Notes under the pieces: model-generated
What the model was told of the DNA's origin: nothing
Seen by the model: the letters and a program-made list of their open reading frames with translations, nothing else
Database searches by the model: none
Program-made: the position numbers and the translations under genes
Shown: piece by piece, positions 50,177 to 63,492 of the stretch
Layout: the number at the start of each line of letters is the position of its first letter
How positions within the stretch are numbered: the stretch's first letter is position 1
From: Adineta vaga
Taxonomy: Eukaryota; Animalia; Rotifera
Direction: 5' to 3'
DNA length: 64,000 bases
Assembly: GCA_021613535.1 (NCBI GenBank)
Contig: CP075493.1
Span: forward strand, 1,178,001-1,242,000

Positions 50177-51819
50177 TTAGAGATTAACTTGAAATTTTTG
50201 TAATCGATGATTATCACAATCAATAACAAATAAATTTCCTTGTTGATCAAATGTTAAACCATGTGGATATGCAAATTGATTTCCTTGTTGACCATAACCA
50301 TTACCTCCAACAACAACTGACCCTTCACGTGCACCTTTACACCAACGCATTATTCGATGATTCCATGAATCACTTACATAAACATTACCCATATGATCAA
50401 CAACAACTCCTTGAGGATTTGATAATCTTGAAAGACTATTTCCTTGTCCTTGTCCACCAGCAACAACAATACCTTCTTTGGCATCTTTTTCCCATTTCAT
50501 AACACGATCATTACCTGAATCGGAAACATAAACGGAATAATCTTGATCAACAAAAATAAATGTTGGATGATTAAGTTGATGAAGATATTCTCCTTTACCA
50601 TTTCCACCTGCAACAACAGTTCCATTTTTTTCTCCATCTTTCCATCGTCGAACTTCATGTCTTTCATAATCGGATACATAAAGATCACCATTATTATCAA
50701 TTGTTAATTGTGAACAATCAATATCTGATATGAGTGTTCGTTGATTTCTCCAATTATGACAAGATAATTTTAATATTCGTCGATTTCCATAATCACATAT
50801 AATTAAATGATTATTTATTTTATCGATAATTACATCTGTTGGACAATTTAATTGATCTAAACCATTTCCCCAACCATTTCCTCCCGCAATAATCTTACCA
50901 ATATTTGAATCAAATTTCCATTCTACAATTCGATGATTTGACGAATCAGCAATATAAATTGTTTTTTCATCATCATTAACACAAAGTCCATCGGGATAAT
51001 ATAGTTGATTTAATTGATTTCCTTCACCATTTCCTCCGACAACGGTAAGTCCATCTTCGTTCCATGTTGTATTTATATGAATATTTTTTGAGGAAGTATA
51101 TTTTCCTAGGAGAAAAAAAAAAGAAAATCGATAAGACAACTTCAAACATTGCTGAGGTCGTCAGTGTTTTGACACCTTCAACTTCAATGATGTCTCTGAG
51201 ATTTTATCATAAAAGCAACTACAGGTGTTTGACCTTTTTCTACTCAATGATATTCTATTGGAAGCCGATAGGATAGAATTTTTGAATGTCGTTAATTTTT
51301 ACCTGAAGAAACAACAACACGAATTCGACTAATAAATGAAGTTGAATCTTGTTGAATTGAAATATCTGATGGTTCATCTAATTGTTGTTGTAGTTGTTTT
51401 AATTTCATATCAAATTGTTTTAAATTAATTTCATTAAAATCATCTTCTTGTCGAATTTCTCGTATTTCATCCATTAATTTCATTAGATTAATTTCAATTT
51501 GATGAATATTTTTAATCGTATGTTGTATTAAGATTTGTCGACATTCATTCGATGTTTGTTGGATAATTTTCATTGAATCTTTTTCCCATTGATCAATTTG
51601 ATTTAAGAATAATTCTTTTTGAGAATTTGTTATTGGTTCAATAAGTGTTTGACGAAAATTATCACAATTTAATGCAATATGATGTAATTCTTTATTTAAT
51701 TCTTGTCGATGTTCAGTTAAATGATCGTAACAAAATAATTGAAGACAACCTTCACATGTAACTGCCGTTTTTTCTTTATCACATCTTATACAACGAGTTT
51801 TACTAAGTCGTGTTGCCAT
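50177..51819 (-). CDS. B-box-like/coiled-coil + NHL-repeat protein (paralog 1)
   Basis: Exon 1 51819-51303 (CIRC..CEGCLQLFCYDHLTEH plus coiled coil); exon 2 51105-50177 with repeated VAGGNGxG..QLxxP..YVSD..NHRI units. Confidence 0.9.
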
Positions 51820-52629
51820 TAAAATTTACGATTATTTCTTAAAAATTTGAATGAACAAAAAAAAGAAACTTGTTAGTTAGTTTAGAAATGAGTTATCTGA
51901 TTTTGTATGACAATATGTAATAAGATGAATAAATGTGATGACGAATAGAACATTTAACGTTCTCCTCGACCGATTCGTTCGTTTTTTTTCTCTGTCCTTT
52001 TCATCAAGGATGTGATACAGGAGACAAGGGATTCGTAACGTACCGTTTTATTTCTTCAATGAACACGAAAATGAATCTTTTCAATCACATGTATATAACG
52101 TTCTGTAACACACAACGTGAATATAAAAAAACGAATATTTTTCTTTTTTCTTATTGTTTCGAGCAAATATAGGAAATGATATGAAGGACAGAAAAGATTA
52201 AATAGAGTTCCTATTTCATTCTTGTGCCTTAACATCTTCATCATCATCATCATCATTATTTTCCCAAAATTCCGTTGATTGAATCTAAATGAAGGAATAA
52301 TAATGATTTTGTTATTCTTTTTTAATATAATGTCATACTTTAAAATTCATTTCTTGAATTTTTTCTTTTAACTCATTCTGTTCTTTTTCGTTGGGAATAA
52401 TTTCATCAGTTATCGTTTCGATGTCGAGCATAATGTTATTTATGTAATTGAAAATTAATTTCAAAATTAATACTTTAACAAAATTTTGTTTTTATTTGTT
52501 CTCAATCTTGTCTACGTATTCTTCGTCATCACTATTTGATGATGCATGACAAAACGTCTTTCTTGTATCTACTAATCGGTAAGTATATATTGTAACCGAA
52601 CTTTTTGACTCTTTTTTCCTAAAATACAA

Positions 52630-52970
52630 ATAGAGTCTGGCGGGGTTGCGCCGATCCTTATTTTTCCATGATCCCCGTCCCAACGGGATCGGGATTTCAA
52701 TCCCGACCGTTTCTTTACCGGGATCGAGATCGCGACGGGATACATAATTTAGCGTAATCTTTCATAAAAATAATACTAGAAAGCACATATATTAATGGAT
52801 AAAAAAATCTAGTACTGAAGAAGAAAATGATGTCCATACTGACCTTACTTTCGATCTTTCCTCTTGTTTTATTTCCAGAGTCTTGCAATCAGAGTTGGAA
52901 CCGGTCCACTTTTTTCCACCTGGTGGACTGGTCACTGTCCGGCTTTAAAATAATTTTAAACCGGCACAAT
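52630..52970. mobile_element. Fragments of hAT-like non-autonomous elements
   Basis: tagagtctggcggg start with repeated cgggatc/gatccc motifs (52631-52742); cagagttggaaccggtcc with ccgg repeats (52890-52968). No paired TIRs or TSD confirmed. Confidence 0.4.
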
Positions 52971-54123
52971 TAACTGTCATCTTAAGGTATTAATTACCCT
53001 CATGAGTAGTGATACTTAAAAAAACTTCTAGTCTTTTGTATTTGCAATTAGATCTGCATCATTTTATTGAGATAATATGTAGCTCTGCAGTCATCGACAT
53101 ATATTATTTGATATTCAATGAGTATACGAATTTTATTCATAAGATTATAAACTCTCTAATCGATTTTAGACTACTAACCTAAAGTTCTTCATATGATTTT
53201 ACAAAGTATTTAATACTCTTCTTCAAACCACAGTTGACAACTGAATGTGATGGGTGTGGGGTGGGTGGGTTTCTGCATCCAAGATGGACAACTGCAGTGC
53301 CTGGGTTGGGTTCTCAGAAAAAAACTGAATCTGGAGTGAAATGACTGCTCTAACTGTATGGAGTCGAAGTGAAGGTTATAAACTAGAGAATGACTTGCAG
53401 CGAGCTTCCCAGAATAGGCAGATCTATCGAGAAGTGGGAGTTGCAGCAGGACAGTAGAAGCGGATTTAAAAGGGACAGAGCTATATGTCGTATGCACAGC
53501 GAGAAAAAACCAGTAGAAAAGAACTAATGAAGAGATGTGAAAAGTTCTTAAAAAAAGACCTGGTGCATGACGTGAAAACGGATGTAGGAGGGGCTTCAGT
53601 ATGGAGGAGAAAGACGTATTGAAGTTAGGTAATGCGTGCTGAGTGACGATCTGAAAGATTACACTAGCTAAGGCAGGATATGAAAGGAAGGTGTGAGGAA
53701 TTTTTGATGCACGACAGGTAAATACCAACGGAGAGGTCTGGTGGATGATGAGAAAAGCACTGTTGTGGATGAAAAACGTAAATTATGTCCTCTTTGCAGC
53801 GGGTATCTCCGCTAGTCAATAATAAATAATCTTTGCAAACAACGAGATTTCAAGATCTTTGATTACAATTAATAAAAGCATTGATTTCAATGATTCTACT
53901 AGCACCATACAAATGAAGACAAATATCATACTCTATTAACTATCTTTATTAGTAACCATCAGATACAAAAAATTCTCTATCCAAGAGACGAGAGCAATCA
54001 GCACATGAATAGACAGTGAATACATAAGTAATCCAAGAAAATAAAAAAACTTCATATTAGAGAAAAACTATTTTATCAATAGAATCATGAGTGACAGCAG
54101 GAAATGTATTAGTTTTTTATAAT

Positions 54124-54870
54124 TCAAACATCAGTCATTTGTAATTGAAGAATATTCGTCCTATGACTTTGAATGATATCAGGTCTTGCATATCGATAAC
54201 CTATACCACTCTTCGAAGATTTCCAGATCTAAGAAAACGGCGTCGTAAACTACCTTAAACGATGGAAAACGAGTACTAATACGCTACCGTAATCCGTTAG
54301 CCCAGAAATGTATAGAAATACGCTATAAAACGATGGTCGTTTCGTAGCAAGAAACGGCCGAAAATGGCGATCGTAATCCGGAGTGACGGATTACGGTGAA
54401 ATACGGTCAAATTTAAGACAGTAAATTGCCGTTTTCGGTCGTTTAAGGCGTCATTTCCGACCACCGGAATGATTGTCCTGGGTTCATCTGTAGTCGTTGA
54501 ATCAAAAGAGTAAGAAAAGGATATGTCACTTGTTTGATTACTACTCGGTTGAACACCGCACTGGAAAAAAAGTAAAGATGAAAGAACTTGTGTATACAGA
54601 AGCATGCATTTACATACTTTGATAAGTGATGAATCGAGTTGATCTGGATTTGAATCTGTGTCCTATGAGGAAAAAAAACAAGAAGTTTGGTGAAAAGATT
54701 AGCCAATATATCCCTACATGGAATACTGAATTAACAACTACTTGAGCTTGTCGGCTTATTACTGTTTGGATCTGATCACAACTATTGTTATTCATTTCAT
54801 TCGAATCATGGTAGAAATTGTTGTTATTACAGCAACAGCAGCAATTGCAATTGGAACATAAGTTATTCAT
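54124..54870 (-). pseudogene. Small spliced orphan gene (Cys/Asn-rich N-terminus) interrupted by a MITE
   Basis: Exons MNNLCSNCNCCCCC..VFH | DTDSNPDQLDSSLIK | CGVQPSS..TTTDE[MITE]SSKSGIGYRYARPDIIQ..TDV*, joined by phase-0 GT-AG introns. Confidence 0.55.
54222..54482 (-). mobile_element. CCCAGG-terminated non-autonomous element (CMC/EnSpm-like), copy 2
   Basis: Reverse complement of 16540-16738 with an extra internal segment; flanked by a 2-bp TT/TT duplication. Confidence 0.88.
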
Positions 54871-55419
54871 CTGAAAAATACAAAATGTTGGAATTCATTT
54901 CTATTAATTGGTCGTTTTGTACAAAAAGCATCGGTTCCGATTTTAACTGAAGAAAATTAGAGACTGAACAATTAAAAACTGGCGGAGAGAGAAAGGTGTC
55001 GTATTATCATAAAAAATTCAGTAAAAATGAATATGAGAATTCCTTTGAAAGGAGCATAAATCCAGAGATTATTATGATTGGTTTTTAAGTTTTCCGAGCA
55101 AGACTCAGTTGTTTTCCAAATAGTTAGAATATGGTAAAATTGGATTTCATAGTAGTGGAAAAGGAAAGTCTGAATTTGTTTGCAATAGATATCATCATGT
55201 TTTAGTGTAAAGATGATAGCAGCAGAATATGTAGACAAAAACATGTTTAAAACAACATCATTTGAGAATATAACAGACATTAATTGAAAGATATTTTGCA
55301 TGAAACGCACCACAGTTACAGTGTGAGTGTATTGAACTTATATATAGTCATTTTTTTCTTTTTATGAACCACAGACAGAAACATTTGCCACGTACTACCT
55401 GTATATCTTTGAAAAGAAA

Positions 55420-56444
55420 TAATGCAATACGAATAATATTAACTTATTTCAAATATAGCATAGTAAAGTAAAAGTAAATCAAGTTAAAAATCTTACATTT
55501 AATGAGAAATTGATATGACAATGATAATGTATTATCGACATCATGATGAATTTTGATAATACTGTTAGATATGATTATTTTTCCAAACATACATATGTAT
55601 ATATACATATGCATGATTTCGTATCTACACTACCTGACTTGACTATCTTCATAATTCGCCGATTCAACAATATAAAAATGAATGATATGATAATTATATC
55701 CGATGAATATTCATTTTTGACCGTGAAATCGTAAACTTTTGTGCTGATAGAGAATGTAAATTTCTTTAAGTGTCATATAAATAAGAAATTGATCATCTAA
55801 TTGAATATCATCAATATAAGTGGCGTCAAGCATATCTACTAATAGATATAATTTCAATACTTCAAGATTTATCATTCGACAAGGTAATGGAACACTAAGA
55901 TCGTCATAAGCAGTTGTGTAACAAGATGTGATCAATGAAAAATATTTCAATTTAGGAAGCTTTTCCTACAAAACAGCAAAATGATATTTTTCTTGCATAC
56001 TATGATGAAAAATTCCACTTACTCTTACACTTGTATCTATGAACGGATCGAAAATATCTCCAACTTTAATAATTAATGTTGATAAAGAATCGAAGCGACC
56101 ATCAAGAAGATAAATACAAGCACGAAGAATTTGTTTTATTGAATATTGTTCAACACTCAGTTTATGTACTTGATCATGAATATGAGGTATGATTTTCAAA
56201 CAAATTTTTGAAAGAACTTTGGTATTTATTGAAGAACTTTGATCATAGAATGGATTAATGATCTAATACTAGTCATGTCGAGATCACGAACATATATGGG
56301 ATCAAGTGCTAATTGATTAAGTCGTTGATTAACATAAACAAGTGAACGGAATACATCAATGGTATTGAGTTTCATAGAAATAATGAATAAAGTTTCATCA
56401 GGTAAATCAAGAATATTGAAATCATAAATATTTAACCTGTCCAT
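55420..56444 (-). pseudogene. Heavily degraded F-box domain gene (third family member)
   Basis: ILDLPDETLFIISMKL..SLVYVNQRL, CIYLLDGRFDSL, EKLPKLKYFSL..RMINLEVLKL in broken frames with deletions. Confidence 0.85.
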
Positions 56445-57572
56445 TTTTATAACTGACTCATATCATGCATTCGTATGAATCTACATTTATACATTTCTCA
56501 TGGCTGTCTATGAGAAGAATGACGGATAAATGTTAATATTGTCAGGTTATTCTATGAATAATCATGACAAGCGATAACTAAAAAACCGTTTCAAACTGAA
56601 CTAACCAATAGAATTGTTATCTCACATTGAATTGGTCCAGTTTGTCTGATATGAAAATAGATGGTGAAATTTTTCTTTGTCCTAGTATTTCTCTCCTAGA
56701 ATTTTTTTAGTGGTGTACCAGTCAATATACTATTCTCTTGTAAACAAAAATATTTCTCAGATGTCTTTCTTCCCAATATCATTAAATGTGGTTAATAAAA
56801 GAAAAAACAAAAGTTTTGAATCAAGTTCTAATTTCAAAAGCTAAGTAAATTAATATCGAATAAGCAAAAATAATTCTTGAATTAATTTACTTTTTGCTTG
56901 ATTCGAATCGTTTTCCGATACATATGTTGATTGAGTCTAAACGAAAAAATAAATGACTCATATTTTCTTTGTAAAATTACTTATTATACTGATAACTTCA
57001 TTTGAGATAAGTTCTTTTTCTCTTGTTCATGCCATACAAATTCTTTAATGCTCACTTCACTATCCAGAATTTTACCATATGTGTGGTCCAGGATCAGTTT
57101 CATGATCTCTGTATTTGATGATGCATAAGTATGTCGAAGCGCATCTTTTCTTTGATCCTCAGAATGTTAACCGCGATCGTAGGGACAGCGCCTTAAACGA
57201 CACAAATCAGTATAACAGATTACGAGATCGACACTTGTACGCAAAGTACAATGCCAAGCACGAATTTAACATTAGAATATTGATTTCGGGGTATTAGAAC
57301 ATCATATTAATCTAAACATGTTTATCAACTAGCTGTCAAATAATTGCTATTAACTTTATTTCATCTAGTGCGAGAATTATGAATCTATTGATGAATCTTA
57401 TATAGATGTTATTTTGTATCGAAAAATTTTCAATACAAGGGAATCGAACTATTATGTAAATGAAGACAGAAAATAAGTCATTTAAAGAATAAAATCAATT
57501 AATTATTTTTATTATTTAAAAAAAATGAAACTAATGAAATTTTCATAAAAAAAATAATAACATTGAAAAGAA

Positions 57573-59294
57573 TTATTCACTTTCAAGATCAAATTTTTGT
57601 ACTCGATTATTTCCCCAATCAACAACATAAAGATTATTTTCTTTATCAAATGCAATACCTGTTGGACAACTAAATTGATTTAATTGTTTACCCCGTCCAT
57701 TTCCACCAACAACAACTGTGCCTTCTCGTGATCCTCTCGACCAACGTATGATACGATGGTTATAACAATCAGCAACATAAACATTACCTAATTCATCAAC
57801 AGCCAATCCTGTTGGCGAAGATAATTGTGTTAAATTATATCCTTGACCATATCCACCTGCAACAACAATACCTTCTTTTGCACCTTTCATCCATTTCATT
57901 ACACGATGATTTTCACAATCTGATATATAGAGTGACTGATCTTCATCGATTAAAACATAACTTGGATGATAAAGTTGATTTAAATGACTTCCTTTTCCAT
58001 TTCCACCTGCAACAACAACTCCACGTGTATCTCCGTATTTCCAACGTGTAACTTCATTTTCTTCCCAGTCAGATACATAAACATAACCACTATTATCTAA
58101 TGCTACACATGAACAATCAATATTTGATACAATAGTTTGATTATTTGAATCATTATAAAGTGACCATCTTATTACTCTTCCATTACCTCGATCGCAAATA
58201 ATGAATGAATCATTATTTTTATCTAAAATTGCATGAGTAGGTTGATTTAATTGATTAGATCGATTTCCTTGTCCATTTCCTCCAGCAACAATTTGGCCAG
58301 TTGTTCCATGAACTTTCCATTTGACAATACGATGATTTGAAGAATCAGCTATATAAAGTTTTTGTTCTGCATGATCTATATAAATATCATCTGGATAAAA
58401 TAATTGATTTAACTGATCACCTTCACCATGACCACCAGCTATTGTTGTACCAAATTGCTTCCACTTTCGTCTATTTTCAGTTATCAATGAAGGTATAATT
58501 TGTCCTAGAGAAAAAATTCAAACAGATATTTATGATTTCATTTCATCTGTTCATATTCGCGAATAGAACTATCTAAATCGTCCCATTGTTAAATAGCTGA
58601 TCAATTCTAAACAGAAATGATTCAACTAAAGAATAGTAATTCTCTTTGTCTACATTTTCATTTTACCTTCGTTACTTCATAGAAAAGGTCAAAGTTATAC
58701 TATGTCATTTTATCTGATAAGTATATTCTGTTGATATAAAAGTCGTTGTTCTTTTTCTTGCTTACCAGAAAATGCAACAGCAACAGAAATTTTATTAATT
58801 AATTGTGTTGATTCTTCTCGGATGGTAATATTTGATAATTGATCAAGTTGTTCAGATAATTGTTTAGATTTTTGATGAAATTGTTTTAAATCATATTCAT
58901 TAAAATCATTTTCTTGTCGTAGATCACGTAATTGATGAGTCATTTTTGTTAAGTTATTTTCAATTTCATGAACATGTTTTGTTGTATGTTGAATTATTAA
59001 TTGTCGACAATCGGACGCTGTTTGTTGAATCTTTTTGATTGAATCTTTTTCCCATTGATCTATTTGTTTAACTAATAAATGTATTTGAGGATGGTTAGTT
59101 TGTTCATTCAGTGATTGACGAAAAAGATCACGATTGATTTCAATATCATCTAATTGTTTATTTAAATCTTCTCGATGATTCAAAAAATGGTCATAACAAA
59201 ATAGTTGTAAACAGCCTTCACATCGAACTGCTCGTTTTTCTTTCCCACATGTGACACAATGAGTTTTAGTCGATGGTATTGCCACTGATGTCAT
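57573..59294 (-). CDS. B-box-like/coiled-coil + NHL-repeat protein (paralog 2)
   Basis: Exon 1 59294-58766 (CVTC..CEGCLQLFCYDHFLNH); exon 2 58504-57573 NHL repeats; same phase-1 intron position as paralog 1. Confidence 0.9.
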
Positions 59295-60493
59295 TTTTAT
59301 ACCTTTCAATACACAAGAAAAAGATTTCAAATGATCACAAATTAGACGAAAAAAACAGATTTAATATTCGTTTTTAAATCAAGAAAAAAAATAATACAAA
59401 AATTCAATGTCAAAAGCTATATGTAAACATAAAGAGCCACGCAAGAACATATTTATATATTGAACACGCTCAACCATATCGGCTCAATATGTATGTTTAA
59501 AATGTGCTACAGAGGGCGCCCGAACTAGGCACATTTTTCGATGAGCAGAATGAAAATGTTATATGTATATAATATAGAAATTTTATCTTCCAAATCTACG
59601 GTTATCAATACTAAAACGAATCGAACAATCAAATTTTTTTGTTATATTTTTATTTATGTGAATAACTACGGTAGTGATAAGAAATGAAAATAATATAAAA
59701 TAAATAGTATCATTCTAGCATTTGTTTTATTTGGAACAGAAAAAAAGAAGGGAACTGAAGCTTTTGTAAATTATGCCGGAAATACATCATTATCATCATC
59801 AGGAATGACATTGTGAAAAAAAGACAAAAATGAGCGAAATACATGTAACTATACATAAAACTTTGTTCGAGATCAATTGTTATTGTTGGGTATGATAAAG
59901 TGACAACGATGGTCGAGTAGAGTTTTATATTTTTGTTGTTGGTGATGGTGGTGGGTTTCAATCAACTAAATAATTCAGAACAAAACCGAAAAAAAGGAAG
60001 GGGATTTTTGAAATTACGATGTTCTCATTGTTTTTGTCCTTATTACTCGTCTTCCCTATTTTCTTCATTATTATATGATAATACTGTAACTATAACAAAT
60101 TGCGCGACATATTTTTTGTTTCATTAATAGATTTACCTAACGTTCTATTTTTTAAAATGCTTTCTTTGTTAACTCGTTTTCTCTCGTCCCTTTCTTATGC
60201 TAGTGTTTTTTAATATAATGGTAAGATCAAAATGAGGTTTTTGTTCTACTAGTTTCGACTTCGATGTATAGTAATTTTCTATTAGTTTTATGCTCTATCG
60301 TTCGAGTTGTTCTCCAATGTATACCTTATCTTAACTCTAAACATGGGATTGACTACACTAATTTCATTTTGTTTTCTTAAACTCTTTCGTATGTAGGTAA
60401 AAAAAACTTTTTTAGACTCATGTTTTTTTTAAAAGTGAATTGAAACGTCTATAGTTAAATGTAGTTTGCGATACATTTTCTTTACTTGAGACT

Positions 60494-61330
60494 TTATATT
60501 CTGATAAAAAATTCTCTTTCTGCTCTAAATTTTCTAATTACATGTATTGAATATCCATTTTCAGTTAATATTTCTCTCAATTTCTTTAACTCTTTACTTA
60601 CTATCGATCGAATTGAACAGATTCTATAAATACGTACTGCTAATGCTTTTATAAGTCCTAGTTTATAACGACGATTTTGACTGCTATCCCATAACATATA
60701 TAATTCTGTGTGTGTGTGTGTGTAGATTTACGATATAATGATATAACTACTTTTTTTTCTTCCTATGTTACTCGAACATCAAAAAATGTGATATAGAATA
60801 ATCATTGGTTTATTGGAACAAGATCTATTCAATTTCTCTTTGATCTTCTGTCCACAATTCGGTGATAATAAATTCTAACGGTTATCACATAGCGACTCCA
60901 TCAGTTTGTTTGTAGATCTCATATTCTAAAACCTAAATGATCTGTCTGTGTTCGTTCTTAAATAAAGTCTAATGTTATTTTAATTGCTTCCTTAACTGGA
61001 ACATCAGTAAATAAGCTTTTTACCTCTATCTGATACTATTTCTTTGAATATATTAACGAATTCGAATGAATCTTTTATGAATGACTTTGTTTATGGGCGC
61101 GCATCTTTAATAGCCTTAGCCAGATAATTTGATAGTTAATATTACTAGAGATTTTATATAACTCGTTCTATATGCTTTATGAAGTTCACGAAAAACTCAA
61201 AGTGAGAAAGCGGTCGATTGTAATTGGAGGTATGAATGAGGACGACGGAGAGATACCAAAACATATACACTCACCCGTAAGATACTTAAATGGTTGCTTG
61301 ATTCATATAGTACTCAGTCGATCATAGTTG
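60494..61330 (-). mobile_element. Degenerate Penelope-like retroelement reverse transcriptase fragment
   Basis: Broken-frame motifs LSNYLAK..SFIKDSFEFV, SLFTDVPVKEAI, YKQTDGVAM, FLDV, YRKSTHT and the thumb region WDSSQNRRYKLGLIKALAVRIYRICS..ELKKLREILTENGY, typical of PLE RTs. Confidence 0.85.
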
Positions 61331-61993
61331 GTGGTATAATCTAAAAAAACAAATGAATCAAATATTTTATTCCTTTTTTAGTATATATACTTTGTGCTCT
61401 GGTTTTTACTTGTTGAGTTTATGCATTTGACCTATCTTTTATTTCACTCGTATTATCTTCATCATGGCTTCCATAATAAATCGATAATCTTGAGACAATG
61501 TGCTACTATTTAATGATGTATTTTTTATCATTGTATCACGATATTTTATTAAAGCTTTAATTGAATTTTTAACAACTCTTTAACTGATATTGCATTTGAT
61601 ACAGAATCCAATGAACTAATTTTAAGTTTGAACTTCGAAGTGATAAATTCGTTATGAATATGTTTGAATGGATATTGAGGCAAACAAACGTAGATATATA
61701 ATGTTATGATAGAAACTAATTAAATTTACAGATTGTTTTTGAATCGTTGATTTTTCACCTTCTTATTCTTTTGTCAACAAATTCCTTTTCAATGATTTAA
61801 TATCTGATTTTGAAAAAAAGTAAGATTTACCAAAGAATAATTTCTATTTTTATTGAGTAAACAGAGAAAAACGCCTAAAATGTGATTGATTTTCGTTCGT
61901 TTTATGCGCATGTGTTTTTATGTCGTTATTTCACAATTGAGTCTTGAATTGTCATTAGAAGAAACGAAAACAGTTTTCAATCGTGAATAATAA

Positions 61994-62935
61994 ATGGTGA
62001 AAGAGTGTATGATCGAACGATGTAAAAATCAAGCAGATTCTCATTGTTATCATTGTTCCCAAGATGTATGCACAAATCATGCAAATGAACATAAAACATG
62101 GGTCGAAAAACAACTTTTACCTGTTGTTAATCGAGTTGATACAATGTATGATCATTGTCATCAAATTGAGAAAGATCAAACAATGTGTACACTTGATTAT
62201 TTAAGTGATATTCGTGAACAAGTTGATCAATGGAAAACAGATTGTTATCAACAAATTGATACTATTTATGATCAAGTTCTAAGTCAAATTAAAAATATTT
62301 TAGAAAAACATAAAACTGAAATAGTTGAAAGGGCAACAAATAATTTAGAATCAATCAAACAAATGCGGAATCAACTTGGACAATTATTAAAAGACGATAA
62401 AATAGAATATCGATTGATAGAAAATATTACGGAAGAATTAGAAGAAATAAAACAAGTAGAACCAGAAATTAATCATCCAAATATTCGAATTTTCACTGAA
62501 CAGCTGAATGTTGAAAATCTTGTTCGTGTCATTGATGAAACCAACTATCTCACTCGATCACTAGAAAGACAAGTAACACAAACAGTACCACTTATCTATA
62601 AGTAACTTATTTATCATTAATTTTCAACATCATCTTTCTTTGTTCTTTCATTTGTTGTAGAAATTCTATTCGGTTTTCTTCACCTATTCATTCTGATGAA
62701 GAACAGCTTCCAAGAGAACAAATAATAAAGAAATCCTACGCTCAGAAGTAAATATTTCATCTATAAGTTTGTAAAATTCTTCTAATGGTACTTTTATAGA
62801 AAATCTGTTCGTCCATCATTACCTATTTCGAAAAAACCGATCGACAAAAGTCAAATGCATCGCAGAACATTTCCTAAATATAAATCTTATCATGATCGAA
62901 TATCTCATCTAGATGAACATAACAAAAAGAAATAA
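61994..62935 (+). CDS. B-box-like zinc finger/coiled-coil protein with basic C-terminal tail
   Basis: CMIERC..CYHCSQDVCTNHANEH, coiled coil; exons 61994-62601, 62661-~62747, ~62800-62935. Confidence 0.75.
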
Positions 62936-63492
62936 TGAAAATAAATTTAGTTAACATCCATTTTCTCATTCAATCTTTTAAAATACACAATTTTTTCGAA
63001 AGCTCTTTTATTTTTTATATACTAGGTTATTGGAAACAATATTTTGATTGGGTGACAGTACTATAATTTCAAATAGAATTTTAGATGAGTTTTATAACAA
63101 ATGTGTACACAGGTCGATCAAAACGGTTACAATACGGCTATGTACCAATTTAGAACGGAGACTGTATCGATCAACGTGGGTAAGTGTCATCATTATTAGA
63201 TATTTTGAAAAAAATATTATTCAATCAATTTCAAAGTCTTTTTTTTTGCTATTTATTATGTATATATGTAGAATTCATCCTAGAGTCAAAAATCAATTAA
63301 AACAAAGAAATTATTTATCGCAAAGACGATAAAAGAAATTTGAATACAGGATAATGCAAAAATTTCTCCATCAAGTTCTTAATGAAATATGAAAAGAGCT
63401 TCACATCGTCACTCTTAAAGTTTTTAGATAAATTCACAAATGAAGGAACATTATTTATTCGGTAATGAAAAAACACTAAATTCATTAGATGA

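Noticed and set aside
50251-58051. Short antisense or alternative-frame ORFs overlapping NHL and other genes
   Set aside because: Shadow ORFs from codon bias in AT-rich coding sequence; no independent motifs.
2702-62935. A proteostasis gene cluster (TRIM, F-box, PI31, Derlin, B-box genes)
   Set aside because: F-box and B-box/NHL families appear highly expanded in this type of genome, so co-occurrence is expected by chance; no shared regulatory signal was seen.
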